From Dehalococcoidia bacterium (GTDB lineage: Bacteria; Chloroflexota; Dehalococcoidia; GIF9; AB-539-J10): 64,000 nt of DNA. The notes under the pieces were generated by a model, which saw nothing but the letters and a program-made list of their open reading frames with translations, had not been told where the DNA came from and ran no database searches. The stretch lies in the NCBI GenBank assembly GCA_030611085.1, contig JAUWQI010000001.1, positions 32,390 through 96,389 on the forward strand, written 5' to 3'. Shown piece after piece: positions 21,198 through 29,553 of the stretch (its first letter is position 1; the number at the start of each line of letters is the position of its first letter). The position numbers and the translations under genes are program-made.

Positions 21198-21238
21198 CTT
21201 AAATTAAAAGTTGCCCCCAACACAAAAGCAGGGGGCAA
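21198..21238 (-). terminator. rho-independent terminator ending the minus-strand small-gene array
   Basis: GTTGCCCCC-loop-GGGGGCAAC stem followed by TTTTAATTT on the minus strand. Confidence 0.7.
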
Positions 21239-21372
21239 CTTCCAAGAGCTTGCTATATTTGGCACCATCGCCAACCGCAACCATAAGCCGTTTACACCAA
21301 GAAACCGCTCTTCATTGTTTTCACAGGCACCTGGTGCAATACCCGGCTTCCATTAGCTACTTTCTTTAGACT

Positions 21373-21768
21373 TTACTTGATTTTGGCAATTAACTCTTCG
21401 GCCTCATCTAAGACCTTCCTAGCCCTTGCAATAGCCTCCTCTGTTCCTTCTACAGATTTGGCCTTGATTTTGGCGCCAGCATCGGTTAGCTCTTGCTCTA
21501 TCGATGCCACTGCCTTTCTAGCTTTGCTTAGGTGCTCCTTAGCCGGGACCCTTGTCTCTTCAGGCTCCTTTTCTGCTTTCGTCTCTGCTTCTGCTAGCGC
21601 CTCTTTTACTCTAGCCATAGATCTCATAGCTTCATCTAGTGCCTTATCGCTTGCTTCTATAGTCCCCTTTTTGAGCAGGCCCACTATTTCGCCAGCCCCG
21701 ACTCTGGTTTCCTCTAGCCCCTTCCTTATCCTCGTTATCGCTTCTCCTAGTTCTTTACCAATCTCCAT
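21373..21768 (-). CDS. Ala/Glu/Lys-rich amphipathic-helix protein (LEA/phasin-like composition)
   Basis: 131 aa, low complexity helical, followed by strong rho-independent terminator. Confidence 0.5.
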   Translation of the reverse strand: MEIGKELGEAITRIRKGLEETRVGAGEIVGLLKKGTIEASDKALDEAMRSMARVKEALAEAETKAEKEPEETRVPAKEHLSKARKAVASIEQELTDAGAKIKAKSVEGTEEAIARARKVLDEAEELIAKIK

Positions 21769-21867
21769 TTCTCCTCCTTTAACGTTTGCTCTTACATTAG
21801 AAAACGCCAGGGCAATAAACTTGCCCGCTAAAAATTTCTCGCCACTGAGTTTTGCTTATTGGTTACA

Positions 21868-22053
21868 TCATTTTGCTACACTCTTATGAGTTACCTCGCG
21901 CTCTAAGGCAAAAAGAGCAAGCCTCATGATGTCGACTTCAACACCACACTGCGGACAGTCTTCGGTCATCGAACCTCTTATCGGGGTTTCATCGGTATCA
22001 ACCTCAGTAGTAATCGCCCCCCCACAATATGGGCACTCTATCTCAAGCTTCAC
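21868..22053 (-). CDS. small Zn-ribbon protein
   Basis: CPYCGG...CPQCG in 61 aa. Confidence 0.45.
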   Translation of the reverse strand: MKLEIECPYCGGAITTEVDTDETPIRGSMTEDCPQCGVEVDIMRLALFALEREVTHKSVAK

Positions 22054-22064
22054 AATATGCCTCC

Positions 22065-22319
22065 TTATGATTTGGCTATTAGCTTCCCATCGCAGTATAT
22101 GTCTATTTTTAGACCTGAGAGCCCTCGACCAAATTTCACTCTCATCTCATGCTTTTCTTGCTCGCCTAGGGTGAATCTCTGCGTCTCACTAAACGAAGTA
22201 ACTGCCCACTTATCTATGATGTCATCTCCGTCAACCGTTACCTTCCTCCTGCCCAGCAAGCCTTGCTCTGCCTCAACCTCATGCCTTTCTGTATCCCCTA
22301 CTGTAGTTCTAAGTTTCAT
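22065..22319 (-). CDS. hypothetical small protein
   Basis: 84-aa ORF in minus-strand array, 12 nt after previous gene. Confidence 0.4.
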   Translation of the reverse strand: MKLRTTVGDTERHEVEAEQGLLGRRKVTVDGDDIIDKWAVTSFSETQRFTLGEQEKHEMRVKFGRGLSGLKIDIYCDGKLIAKS

Positions 22320-22344
22320 CTCACCCTCCTTTCTTATACTTTAT

Positions 22345-22797
22345 TTACCCCAGTTTCCATACTGCCTTGAAGGTCATATCCACCATATCTTCTGGAATGG
22401 CGACATGTGCTATCCCTTCGAAGTCAAGGGTAGTGTTTCCATGTTCCATCTGATTTATTATCATCTTGGCGAGGTCACCACTCAGGGGAGTTTTGACCTC
22501 CGACTTAGCATACTCCGCTGTATGCGATGGGATATAAACCTCCTCATCAACATATCCTTCGCCGACTTTCGCGTTGCCCTCTCGGAAATATATCCTGTAT
22601 TTAGCTCGCTGCACCATCACAGGAAACTCGTTGGGGTTGAAGATGTGGAACACTATTTCCAGGGTCAGCAGTCGCTCCCGAAGACCGAGACTAGCAAATT
22701 TAGCCCCACGCCCACGAATAGCAAACCTTAATTGTTTAACCTCGTCCTTATCCTCTTTGTCTCTCACTCTTTCCAGCATCTCCACACTAGACTTCAC
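22345..22797 (-). CDS. LEA_2 / WHy (water-stress and hypersensitive response) domain protein
   Basis: NPN motif followed by alternating beta pattern typical of LEA14-like domains. Confidence 0.5.
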   Translation of the reverse strand: MKSSVEMLERVRDKEDKDEVKQLRFAIRGRGAKFASLGLRERLLTLEIVFHIFNPNEFPVMVQRAKYRIYFREGNAKVGEGYVDEEVYIPSHTAEYAKSEVKTPLSGDLAKMIINQMEHGNTTLDFEGIAHVAIPEDMVDMTFKAVWKLG

Positions 22798-22844
22798 CCT
22801 TTCAGGTCAAATTTAGCCATTAGTCAGACAGCGATAAGAATATT

Positions 22845-23054
22845 TTAGATGTTTAGTAGGAATGGAGATGAATCCCCTTCTAGAGCTTCGAAATTTATCT
22901 CTATATTGCCGATTAGCCGAGGGGTCTGCCCCACAAATTCGAGCTCTATGTCATCTATGTCTATAACGAAATTTCTCTCCCACAATCTGGCTCTAGCTTC
23001 GCCCTCTTCTCCAGAGGTGAGAGCTAATCCTACTTTTTCCTCTGACATTGCCAT
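22845..23054 (-). CDS. small motif-family protein P4 (start at MAMSEEK)
   Basis: contains VIDIDDIELEFVGQTPRLIGNIEINF variant of shared motif; RBS GAGTGAGGTG. Confidence 0.45.
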   Translation of the reverse strand: MAMSEEKVGLALTSGEEGEARARLWERNFVIDIDDIELEFVGQTPRLIGNIEINFEALEGDSSPFLLNI

Positions 23055-23058
23055 CACC

Positions 23059-23241
23059 TCACTCTCTCTCAATTTTTCTCATTGGCTCCATATGGAACTT
23101 AATCTTTCCCATCAAGTCAAGCGACTTCCCAAAAAATTTACGACCCACTTCCTCCATATCCAGCTCCTCAGTCGTTCCCTCATCAACAGCCCTGTTTAAG
23201 TAGTCAAATACCGACTGCCGACCTCTCTGCCCCCTTTTCAT
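23059..23241 (-). CDS. small motif-family protein P3 (start at MKRGQ)
   Basis: LDMEEVGRKFFGKSLDLMGKIKF motif; RBS GGGAGGT; overlaps next gene by 4 nt. Confidence 0.5.
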   Translation of the reverse strand: MKRGQRGRQSVFDYLNRAVDEGTTEELDMEEVGRKFFGKSLDLMGKIKFHMEPMRKIERE

Positions 23242-23261
23242 TGCTTTACCTCCCGCGCCAT

Positions 23262-23290
23262 AGCAGGCTGAGTCCCGGGGCACAGCCTGC
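23262..23290 (-). terminator. intercistronic hairpin (GCAGGCTG...CAGCCTGC) between P1 and P3 genes
   Basis: 8-bp GC-rich stem, no clear T-tract; attenuator or processing site. Confidence 0.35.
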
Positions 23291-23326
23291 TATGGATTTA
23301 ATTTTCAAGGCATGCCGCCTTAGTGT

Positions 23327-23503
23327 TTACTTGGGTTTCTTTAAGGTTCCCAGGCTGATGTTTACCTTCCCCAACAACTTGAGGGAGCGTCCAAAGAGCT
23401 TGCCGCCAACATCTTCCATATCAATGTTGAGGTCGGTTTCCTTATCGGTAATCTTGTCTACCAGGTCAAGGACTGGTCCCTGTTCTTTGTCTACTTCTGC
23501 CAT
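23327..23503 (-). CDS. small motif-family protein P1 (58 aa, below ORF-track cutoff)
   Basis: my own translation: MAEVDKEQGPVLDLVDKITDKETDLNIDMEDVGGKLFGRSLKLLGKVNISLGTLKKPK; RBS AGGAGGG 7 nt upstream. Confidence 0.55.
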   Translation of the reverse strand: MAEVDKEQGPVLDLVDKITDKETDLNIDMEDVGGKLFGRSLKLLGKVNISLGTLKKPK

Positions 23504-23604
23504 TGTTCTTACCCTCCTTATAAATTTTCTATAATTTGCAAGCTATGCCCCCGGGACGCGGCTTACTATAGGGGTTAATCTTCAATGTAACTTTCTCTCA
23601 GTAT

Positions 23605-24024
23605 TTACTTGGACTTCTTCAAGGTTCCCAGGTCAATGTTTACCTTCCCCAGCAATCTTAAGGAACGCCCAAAGAGTTTGCCACCGACATCTTCAATATT
23701 GATGTTCAGGCTGGTCTCCTTATCGGTAATCTTGTCTATCAGGTCGAGCACTGGTCCTTGCTCTTTTTCTACTTCTGCCATTGTTATTACCTCCTCTGGT
23801 ATTTTTTCTATTTCCACTGCTTCTTCTACCGCTGGTACTTCCTCTATCAGCTTCTTCGCTGCTGCTATAAATGTGCCGCCTCTATCTCCGACTATCCCTT
23901 CGAGCTCCTCAGGGCTGGCTACTGCTACAGCCTCGACCGTCATATACCCGGCTGCAGCCAGTTTTTTTGCCGTTGTCGGACCGACCCCGGCAACCTTCTG
24001 TAGTTCCTCTTCAGTGTCAATCAT
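23605..24024 (-). CDS. helix-hairpin-helix domain fused to a P1 paralog
   Basis: N-terminal VAGVGPTTAKKLAAAGY...PEELEGIVG HhH; C-terminal 58 aa ~85% identical to P1. The fossil RBS of the duplicated gene (GGAGGT) is translated as EEV. Confidence 0.6.
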   Translation of the reverse strand: MIDTEEELQKVAGVGPTTAKKLAAAGYMTVEAVAVASPEELEGIVGDRGGTFIAAAKKLIEEVPAVEEAVEIEKIPEEVITMAEVEKEQGPVLDLIDKITDKETSLNINIEDVGGKLFGRSLRLLGKVNIDLGTLKKSK

Positions 24025-24398
24025 CTTAGCATTACCTCCTTTCTAAATATATTTTAGAGAATTAAACCTCGTGCCTTCTGAAGCCATTCCACAGGCTTTT
24101 TGAAGACACTAGCCACTTAATTGACTAGAGCACTGATTGTGCTGAGACATTCTCCTCTAATAGTTCAGAGGAGAATACATCCGAAATGCTGAAAACCCTG
24201 CCTTTGGTATTAAGAGACCTGGGGATACCGACTTACAGACCTTCAGCATTTGCTTAGAGCTGGCTAATGGTGCCAGCGAAAAGAGCAATACCTGTTCTAT
24301 AGGCATTGCTGATAATGAGTGATAAGGATTGTTCTTCACTTCCTTAATCACTGTGCTAAAAATTGCTTTCATCTTCACCCTTTTCTCTCTTCCCTTTC

Positions 24399-24590
24399 TC
24401 ACCTCTGCCTTTTCCTCTTTTTCTTCCCCCATCCTACCTTTAATCCATCTGCGCCAAACTTGCCATCTAAGCGGATAATTGTTCTATCAGTAAAAGGAAA
24501 CTTAATTTCCATATTATCGAAGTCTATAGACAAATTACATTCTCTATCTTCAATCTTTTTCTTTAGGTCGTCTAAAAATCCTTCACCCAT
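24399..24590 (-). CDS. small motif-family protein P5
   Basis: LSIDFDNMEIKFPFTDRTIIRLDGKF variant of motif, basic C-tail; RBS GGAGG. Confidence 0.4.
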   Translation of the reverse strand: MGEGFLDDLKKKIEDRECNLSIDFDNMEIKFPFTDRTIIRLDGKFGADGLKVGWGKKKRKRQR

Positions 24591-24678
24591 GTTTAGTCTT
24601 CCTCCCCAATGGACTTTAAATTATATGGCGCATCCAACATCATATACGCGTTTTACTTGTGGGGTTTTCACCCCCACC

Positions 24679-25134
24679 TTACCTCTCTCCCTTCAAAGGA
24701 GAGGAATTCAAGCCTCGCAATGACATCGATTTAATCCTTTTATCATTTCTATGTGGCAGCTCAGTCTCCCCATAGCGGCATAGCGAGGCCCTAATCTGAG
24801 CTGCTAGCTCGTCATAATTTGTGGGTAACTGCATGTAATAATCCCAGTCCGTAGGGACTTCCGAGTTTGGGGAATAAACTTCCCCCTCCGATTTAGTACC
24901 CAAAAGGATGAGAGGAAGATTAAATAAACGGTGTATTTGCCAACAGAGAGTGAAGCCATCTAGCCCGGGAGGGCTATCCCTGACAACAACTGCGTCAGGG
25001 GTAGCCTTATCCACTATTTTAAACCCCGCTAATTCGGATGAGGCTACCATCACCTCAAAGCCAGACCCGGTAAGAGCTGAAGCTATCTTCTTTGCCGAGG
25101 CAAGGTCGCTGTCGATAACAAGAACACTATTCAT
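24679..25134 (-). CDS. stand-alone response-regulator receiver domain protein
   Basis: VLVIDSD...VVVRDSPPGLDGF...LLGTK CheY-like receiver. C-terminal tail partly encoded by a family-1 repeat fragment. Confidence 0.65.
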   Translation of the reverse strand: MNSVLVIDSDLASAKKIASALTGSGFEVMVASSELAGFKIVDKATPDAVVVRDSPPGLDGFTLCWQIHRLFNLPLILLGTKSEGEVYSPNSEVPTDWDYYMQLPTNYDELAAQIRASLCRYGETELPHRNDKRIKSMSLRGLNSSPLKGER

Positions 25135-25271
25135 TTCACCCCTTTAGGACTTTGCTACAAACATAAGCTCTTTCAGCTAATATCTTAATGAGAGCTTGCT
25201 ACCCTTATTTAAGAATATACTAAATAATATTTTAGTTTGCCTTCGCGAGGGTGCTAATGTTCGGTCGCTCT

Positions 25272-25445
25272 CATGTCACCCTGAGCCCTTCGCTTCATGT
25301 CATTCTGAAGAAGCGGAGCGACTGAAGAATCTCCTCTTCAGTTCCTTCCTATCGTCAGGACTTAGAGCTTCGGCTTACCAAGACAGGCTTCGCGAAGGAT
25401 CTAAAAAGGACAAAGAGATTCTTCGCTCCACTCAGAATGACAGAG
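25272..25445. repeat. family-1 palindromic element (composite copy)
   Basis: GTCACCCTGAG / GTCATTCTGAAG ... CTCAGAATGACAG inverted termini in the RR / integrase divergent spacer. Confidence 0.8.
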
Positions 25446-25683
25446 AAAGGTGAATGGTTGCCTGTGCCCCCGAGTGGTTCAAAGCAGGCTTGCTTTCGCT
25501 AGCACGAAGGTGCCTACCACGCGGGGGCGCTTTATGCCCCCCGCCTTTTCAGCCAAGTCAAAGCAAAACTATGCTTTGGTACTCATACCAATAAGCTATT
25601 GACAAAAATATTATTTAGCTGCCTGTTGCTCCGATAGGGCTCCGAGGATAGGCGAGTAAAATTGCGTCTAAGGAGGAAAAATC

Positions 25684-26670
25684 ATGCAACAGGAGCTAAA
25701 TAGATTTCTTCACTATCTTGAGGTTGAGAAGGGATATTCCCAAGGCACTATCGAGGCATATCGGCTTGATATAGGAAAAGGGCTATTCCCATTCCTGCAT
25801 GAGATTGAGATTGCCACGCCTTCGGCTCGCAATGACAGGGTAGAAGAGGTCACGAAGGATGACATCCGAGCATATTTGGACTATCTAGCTGTTGAAAGGG
25901 CTAACTCCGGTGTTACCAGAGCACGCAAGCTAGCAGCAATAAAGTCATTCTTCAATTACTTGGTGGAAAATGAAGGGCTTGAAGCAAACCCGGCAGCTTC
26001 GGTAAAGAGTCCCAAGATACCTGAAAAGGAGCCGGTGTATCTGAGTGAGGAAGAGTGCCTTCGTTTTTTACAGATAATAGCCCAAAAAGCCAGACCACAG
26101 GTTAGAGAGCGGGATATGGCAATAGCTATGCTCTTGCTTCATACTGGGCTAAGGGTATCGGAGCTAACAAATCTGAAATTTTCTAATGTTGATCTTGAGA
26201 GAAGTCAGATAAAAATAACCAGGAAAGGGAGTAAAGAACAATATCTTCACCTGAATGGTGAAGCAGTAAGCGTATTGGTAAATTACCTTCATAGCTATCC
26301 ATATGACAGGAGATTGCCACGCTTCGCTCGCAATGACAGGGGGGAGATGGCTCGCAATGACGGAGGACTTTTGCCACAGGCTCAAAACGGCAGGTTTTTT
26401 GTAGGAACCAAAGGTCAAAATCTGAACCGCACTTATGTTTATAGTGTGGTGCGAAGATACTTAGAACTGGCGGGTATCAATAAAGATAAGCAGGGACCTC
26501 ACCTCTTGAGACATACCTTCTGCACCAGGCTACATCAGAAGGGAGTCTCACCCTTCGTGATAAAGGAACTCGCTGGTCACAAAAGCCTTAATACAACCAT
26601 GAGATATATCAAAATAGAAAATAAGGAGCAGTCTGAAGCCCTTGATAGACTGGAGTTTGGTATTCTTTAA
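25684..26670 (+). CDS. tyrosine site-specific recombinase (XerC/XerD/phage-integrase family)
   Basis: N-terminal SAM-like domain; catalytic R...HxxR...Y (LLRHTFCT...TTMRY) motifs; carries two in-frame family-1 repeat insertions. Confidence 0.85.
   Translation: MQQELNRFLHYLEVEKGYSQGTIEAYRLDIGKGLFPFLHEIEIATPSARNDRVEEVTKDDIRAYLDYLAVERANSGVTRARKLAAIKSFFNYLVENEGLEANPAASVKSPKIPEKEPVYLSEEECLRFLQIIAQKARPQVRERDMAIAMLLLHTGLRVSELTNLKFSNVDLERSQIKITRKGSKEQYLHLNGEAVSVLVNYLHSYPYDRRLPRFARNDRGEMARNDGGLLPQAQNGRFFVGTKGQNLNRTYVYSVVRRYLELAGINKDKQGPHLLRHTFCTRLHQKGVSPFVIKELAGHKSLNTTMRYIKIENKEQSEALDRLEFGIL
26306..26365. repeat. family-1 element fragments in frame in integrase (second of two; the other at 25812-25838)
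   Basis: tandem CTCGCAATGACAGG / CTCGCAATGACGG inside ORF encoding ARNDRGEMARNDGG. Confidence 0.8.
26585..26653 (+). repeat. direct repeat DR-L (3' end of integrase gene)
   Basis: 69 bp, 68/69 identical to 27639-27707. Confidence 0.9.
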
Positions 26671-26984
26671 GAAATCTTAGCTAGTTAGACAATTTCGGTA
26701 AGGTCGCTTCGCTTAGGGCTTTTCACCCTCGCAATGACAAAGGGGGAAGGCTCACAATGACACTTTTGAGGGCTGAGGGAGTCCTCTCCCTCAGCATGAA
26801 GGAACAGATTCCTTCATGCCTCAGATTGCCATGCCTTCGGCACGCAACTGCACTCAGGGCTTCGGCTCAGGGTGACATAGAGAACATTTTTTCTATTTTA
26901 CCACTAAATATGCTCAAAAAGAATATTCGAATGAGTTAAACTAGAGGACATTTCTAAAGGGTCTTGGCACCTCTACTAATAGAC

Positions 26985-27013
26985 TTGACAATTATGGTGG
27001 ACAGCTGTATCAT
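26985..27013 (+). promoter_or_regulatory. sigma70-like promoter for mazEF (TTGACA-17 nt-TATCAT)
   Basis: perfect -35 and good -10 about 30 nt upstream of the mazE RBS (TGGAGGT). Confidence 0.5.
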
Positions 27014-27043
27014 CATTGTAGATACATATATGGAGGTACTCCA

Positions 27044-27286
27044 ATGCAAAGACGCATCCAAAAGTGGGGAAACAGCCTGGCGCTGCGTATCCCGAAGCCA
27101 TTTGCCCAAGAAATAGGTCTCGACCGTAATGTGCCGGTTAATGTGTCGCTGGAAGACGGGAGACTCATTGTGGTACCTGTCGCTGTGACCTCCATGACTC
27201 TCGAACGGCTATTGGAGCAGATCACAGAGGACAATATCCATCGCGAAGCTGATACAGGTCTGGCAATCGGTGAGGAGGTATGGTAA
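27044..27286 (+). CDS. mazE: MazE/AbrB-type antitoxin
   Basis: MQRRIQKWGNSLALRIPK SpoVT/AbrB swapped-hairpin N-terminus. Confidence 0.8.
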   Translation: MQRRIQKWGNSLALRIPKPFAQEIGLDRNVPVNVSLEDGRLIVVPVAVTSMTLERLLEQITEDNIHREADTGLAIGEEVW

Positions 27287-27651
27287 AAGGTAAAGTATAT
27301 GTTCCCAACCGCGGTGATGCCATCTGGATCACTTTGAATCCTCAGGCTGGCTACGAACAATCCGGGCGTCGGCCAGCAGTTGTCCTCTCACCAAGGATAT
27401 ACAATGGCAAGGTAGGGCTTGCTATTCTGTGCCCCATCACGAATCAAATCAAAGGTTATCCTTTTGAGATTCTCATCCCTTCTGCTCTAGCCGTCAGTGG
27501 AGCGATCCTGTCTGACCAGGTGAAGAGCCTGGATTGGCGAGCGCGGGAAGCTGAATGGATTTGCAGACTACCGGACAACACTATTGCGGAGACATTTCAG
27601 AAACTGAGCACACTATTGTTTCAGGGAGCGAATGCCTTAATACAACCATGA
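27280..27651 (+). CDS. mazF: MazF/PemK-family endoribonuclease toxin
   Basis: VPNRGDAIWITLNPQAGYEQSGRRPAVVLSP PemK signature; 3' end runs into a direct repeat. Confidence 0.85.
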   Translation: MVKGKVYVPNRGDAIWITLNPQAGYEQSGRRPAVVLSPRIYNGKVGLAILCPITNQIKGYPFEILIPSALAVSGAILSDQVKSLDWRAREAEWICRLPDNTIAETFQKLSTLLFQGANALIQP

Positions 27652-27707
27652 GATATATCAAAATAGAAAATAGGGAGCAGTCTGAAGCCCTTGATAGACT
27701 GGGTTTG
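27639..27707 (+). repeat. direct repeat DR-R (copy of integrase 3' end downstream of mazF)
   Basis: 69 bp; mazF reading frame runs into it. Confidence 0.9.
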
Positions 27708-27747
27708 CTGCGGTGAACTTGTGCTGTTAAGATAATGCGGCGGTATT

Positions 27748-29475
27748 TTACATTCTCTCGGGGGCTGTCATGCCCATGAGGTGAAGAACCCTGGCTAAAA
27801 CAATCTGAGTTGCTCTGACCAACTTAAGCCGAGCTTTAGTCAGCTCTTCATCCTGGGAAATGACTCTGCATTGCTTATAAAAGCTGTGGAAAACGGTAGC
27901 TAAATCTTGAGCATAGTAGGGTAGATGATGAGGCTCAAGGGTAGTTGCTACCTCTTCTATTATTTCGGGGAGAAGTATTAAGCGGCGAATTAAAGTTAAC
28001 TCTGGCTCAGTTGAGAGCAGAGAAACATCGCCTTGGGCATAATCTATCCTCTGCTGCTTGGCTAACCTGAGAATACTGGCAATCCGAGCATAAGCATATT
28101 GAACATAATACACGGGATTATCCACTGATTGCTTCTTAGCTAGCTCTATATCGAAGTCCATCTGGCTGTCAGCAGAGCGAGAAAGGAAGAATAAGCGGCA
28201 AACATCTGGTCCTACTTCATCAATCAACTCCCGCAGGGTAACGATGTCACCGCTACGTTTAGATACTTTGACCATTTCCTTCCCACGCCGCAGAGTAACT
28301 AACTGACAGATTATTACCTTGAGATGTTCAGGGGCTACTCCTAGAGCTTTGAGCATCGCTTTCATCCGGGGAACATGTCCCTGGTGGTCAGCCCCCCAAA
28401 TATCAATTACAGTGCTGAATCTTCGCTCCAGAAATTTGTTGTAGTGATAGGCAATGTCAGAGGCAAAATAAGTAGGAGAGCCATCACTACGCAGCAGAAC
28501 ATTATCTTTATCCTCGCCTAAGGCAGTCGATTCAAACCAGGTGGCGTTTTCCTTCTTAGCTACATAGCCTCCGTCTTGTAGCAATGCCATGGCTTTATGG
28601 TACTGAGATCCTTCCCCTTCACTTTGTTCAGGGTCAGGACGATAAAGGCTTTTTTCACTAAACCAAACATCAAAGTCAACATTTAATAGCTTAAGGTCTT
28701 CCTTAATTCCCTGTATTATCCGGGCAAGTCCAATTTTAGCTAATTCTGAAATTGCTTCGCCTTCGGCTCGCAATGGCGATTCACCCTCACCCAACCCTCT
28801 CCCTTCAAGGGAGAGGGAAAATTTATCACCTTGCTCCTGAACAATTTCCTTCGCCAGGTCAATCATGTAATCACCAAGATAGCTGTTCGGGAGCATGGCA
28901 ACCTCTTTGCCTAAGCACTGTTGATAGCGTGCATAGAGGGAGCGGCCGAAGCTGTCTATCTGGTTGCCCATATCATTTACATAATATTCCTTTTCTACTG
29001 AGTAACCAGCAGCGCTGAGTACGTTTGCTAAGGTGCTACCTAAGACAGCACCACGTCCATGGCCTACATGGAGAGGACCGGTGGGGTTGACACTAACAAA
29101 CTCAAGTTGAACACGACTGCCTTTGCCTGATAGGCTAGCGCCATATGATTCACCAGTTTCCAGAATCGATGTCACTTGCCCACATAGCCAGTCATCCCGC
29201 AAGTTGAAGTTGATAAAACCTGGCGAAGCAATCATAACCTTATCGAATTCGGAAGGAGGCGATACATGCTCGTATATTCTTTCAGCTATAGCCATAGGTG
29301 ACATCCTCATACCACGAGCTAGTTTCAGGGGGAGGCCTGAGGCAAAATCTCCGTGCTCTGGGTTCTGGGGATGTTCCACGGTTATTTCAGGCAAAGTTGT
29401 GGTAACAAGCTCACCCTGTTGTTGCGCTTCAAGCACTGCTTCTCGGAGACAAGCAGCTAATTTTTCCTTAAGCAT
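27748..29475 (-). CDS. argS: arginine--tRNA ligase
   Basis: full-length ArgS with HVGH-like PLHVGHGRGAVLG motif and DALR anticodon-binding end. In-frame family-1 repeat at 28755-28820. Confidence 0.95.
   Translation of the reverse strand: MLKEKLAACLREAVLEAQQQGELVTTTLPEITVEHPQNPEHGDFASGLPLKLARGMRMSPMAIAERIYEHVSPPSEFDKVMIASPGFINFNLRDDWLCGQVTSILETGESYGASLSGKGSRVQLEFVSVNPTGPLHVGHGRGAVLGSTLANVLSAAGYSVEKEYYVNDMGNQIDSFGRSLYARYQQCLGKEVAMLPNSYLGDYMIDLAKEIVQEQGDKFSLSLEGRGLGEGESPLRAEGEAISELAKIGLARIIQGIKEDLKLLNVDFDVWFSEKSLYRPDPEQSEGEGSQYHKAMALLQDGGYVAKKENATWFESTALGEDKDNVLLRSDGSPTYFASDIAYHYNKFLERRFSTVIDIWGADHQGHVPRMKAMLKALGVAPEHLKVIICQLVTLRRGKEMVKVSKRSGDIVTLRELIDEVGPDVCRLFFLSRSADSQMDFDIELAKKQSVDNPVYYVQYAYARIASILRLAKQQRIDYAQGDVSLLSTEPELTLIRRLILLPEIIEEVATTLEPHHLPYYAQDLATVFHSFYKQCRVISQDEELTKARLKLVRATQIVLARVLHLMGMTAPERM
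28755..28820. repeat. family-1 element fragment inserted in frame in argS
   Basis: GCTCGCAATGGCGATTCACCCTCACC plus CTCTCCCTTCAAGGGAGAGG hairpin inside a continuous ORF. Confidence 0.8.
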
Positions 29476-29553
29476 AAACGATAAACCCTAATATCTAATA
29501 TCTAATTTCGAAATCCTAAACAAATCCGAATATCTAAATTCAAATACTAAAAC

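Noticed and set aside
24157-24432. 91-aa minus-strand ORF
   Set aside because: Overlaps the 3' end of the P5 gene in another frame, low-complexity, no RBS; likely spurious.
22800-24600. Gas-vesicle (GvpA/GvpJ) identity for the P-family small proteins
   Set aside because: Only a short VLDxhxDK resemblance; P proteins are highly charged, lack the hydrophobic beta-hairpin of GvpA, and no gvpN or gvpF genes are present.
25450-25683. tRNA or attachment site in the spacer upstream of the integrase
   Set aside because: No cloverleaf-compatible sequence (no GTTC-like T-arm with matching acceptor stem) found by eye; needs tRNAscan to be certain.
28755-28820. Inteins or group I/II introns as explanation for in-gene repeat copies
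   Set aside because: Inserts are 25-95 nt with no intein splicing motifs or intron catalytic domains, and they keep the host ORF continuous.
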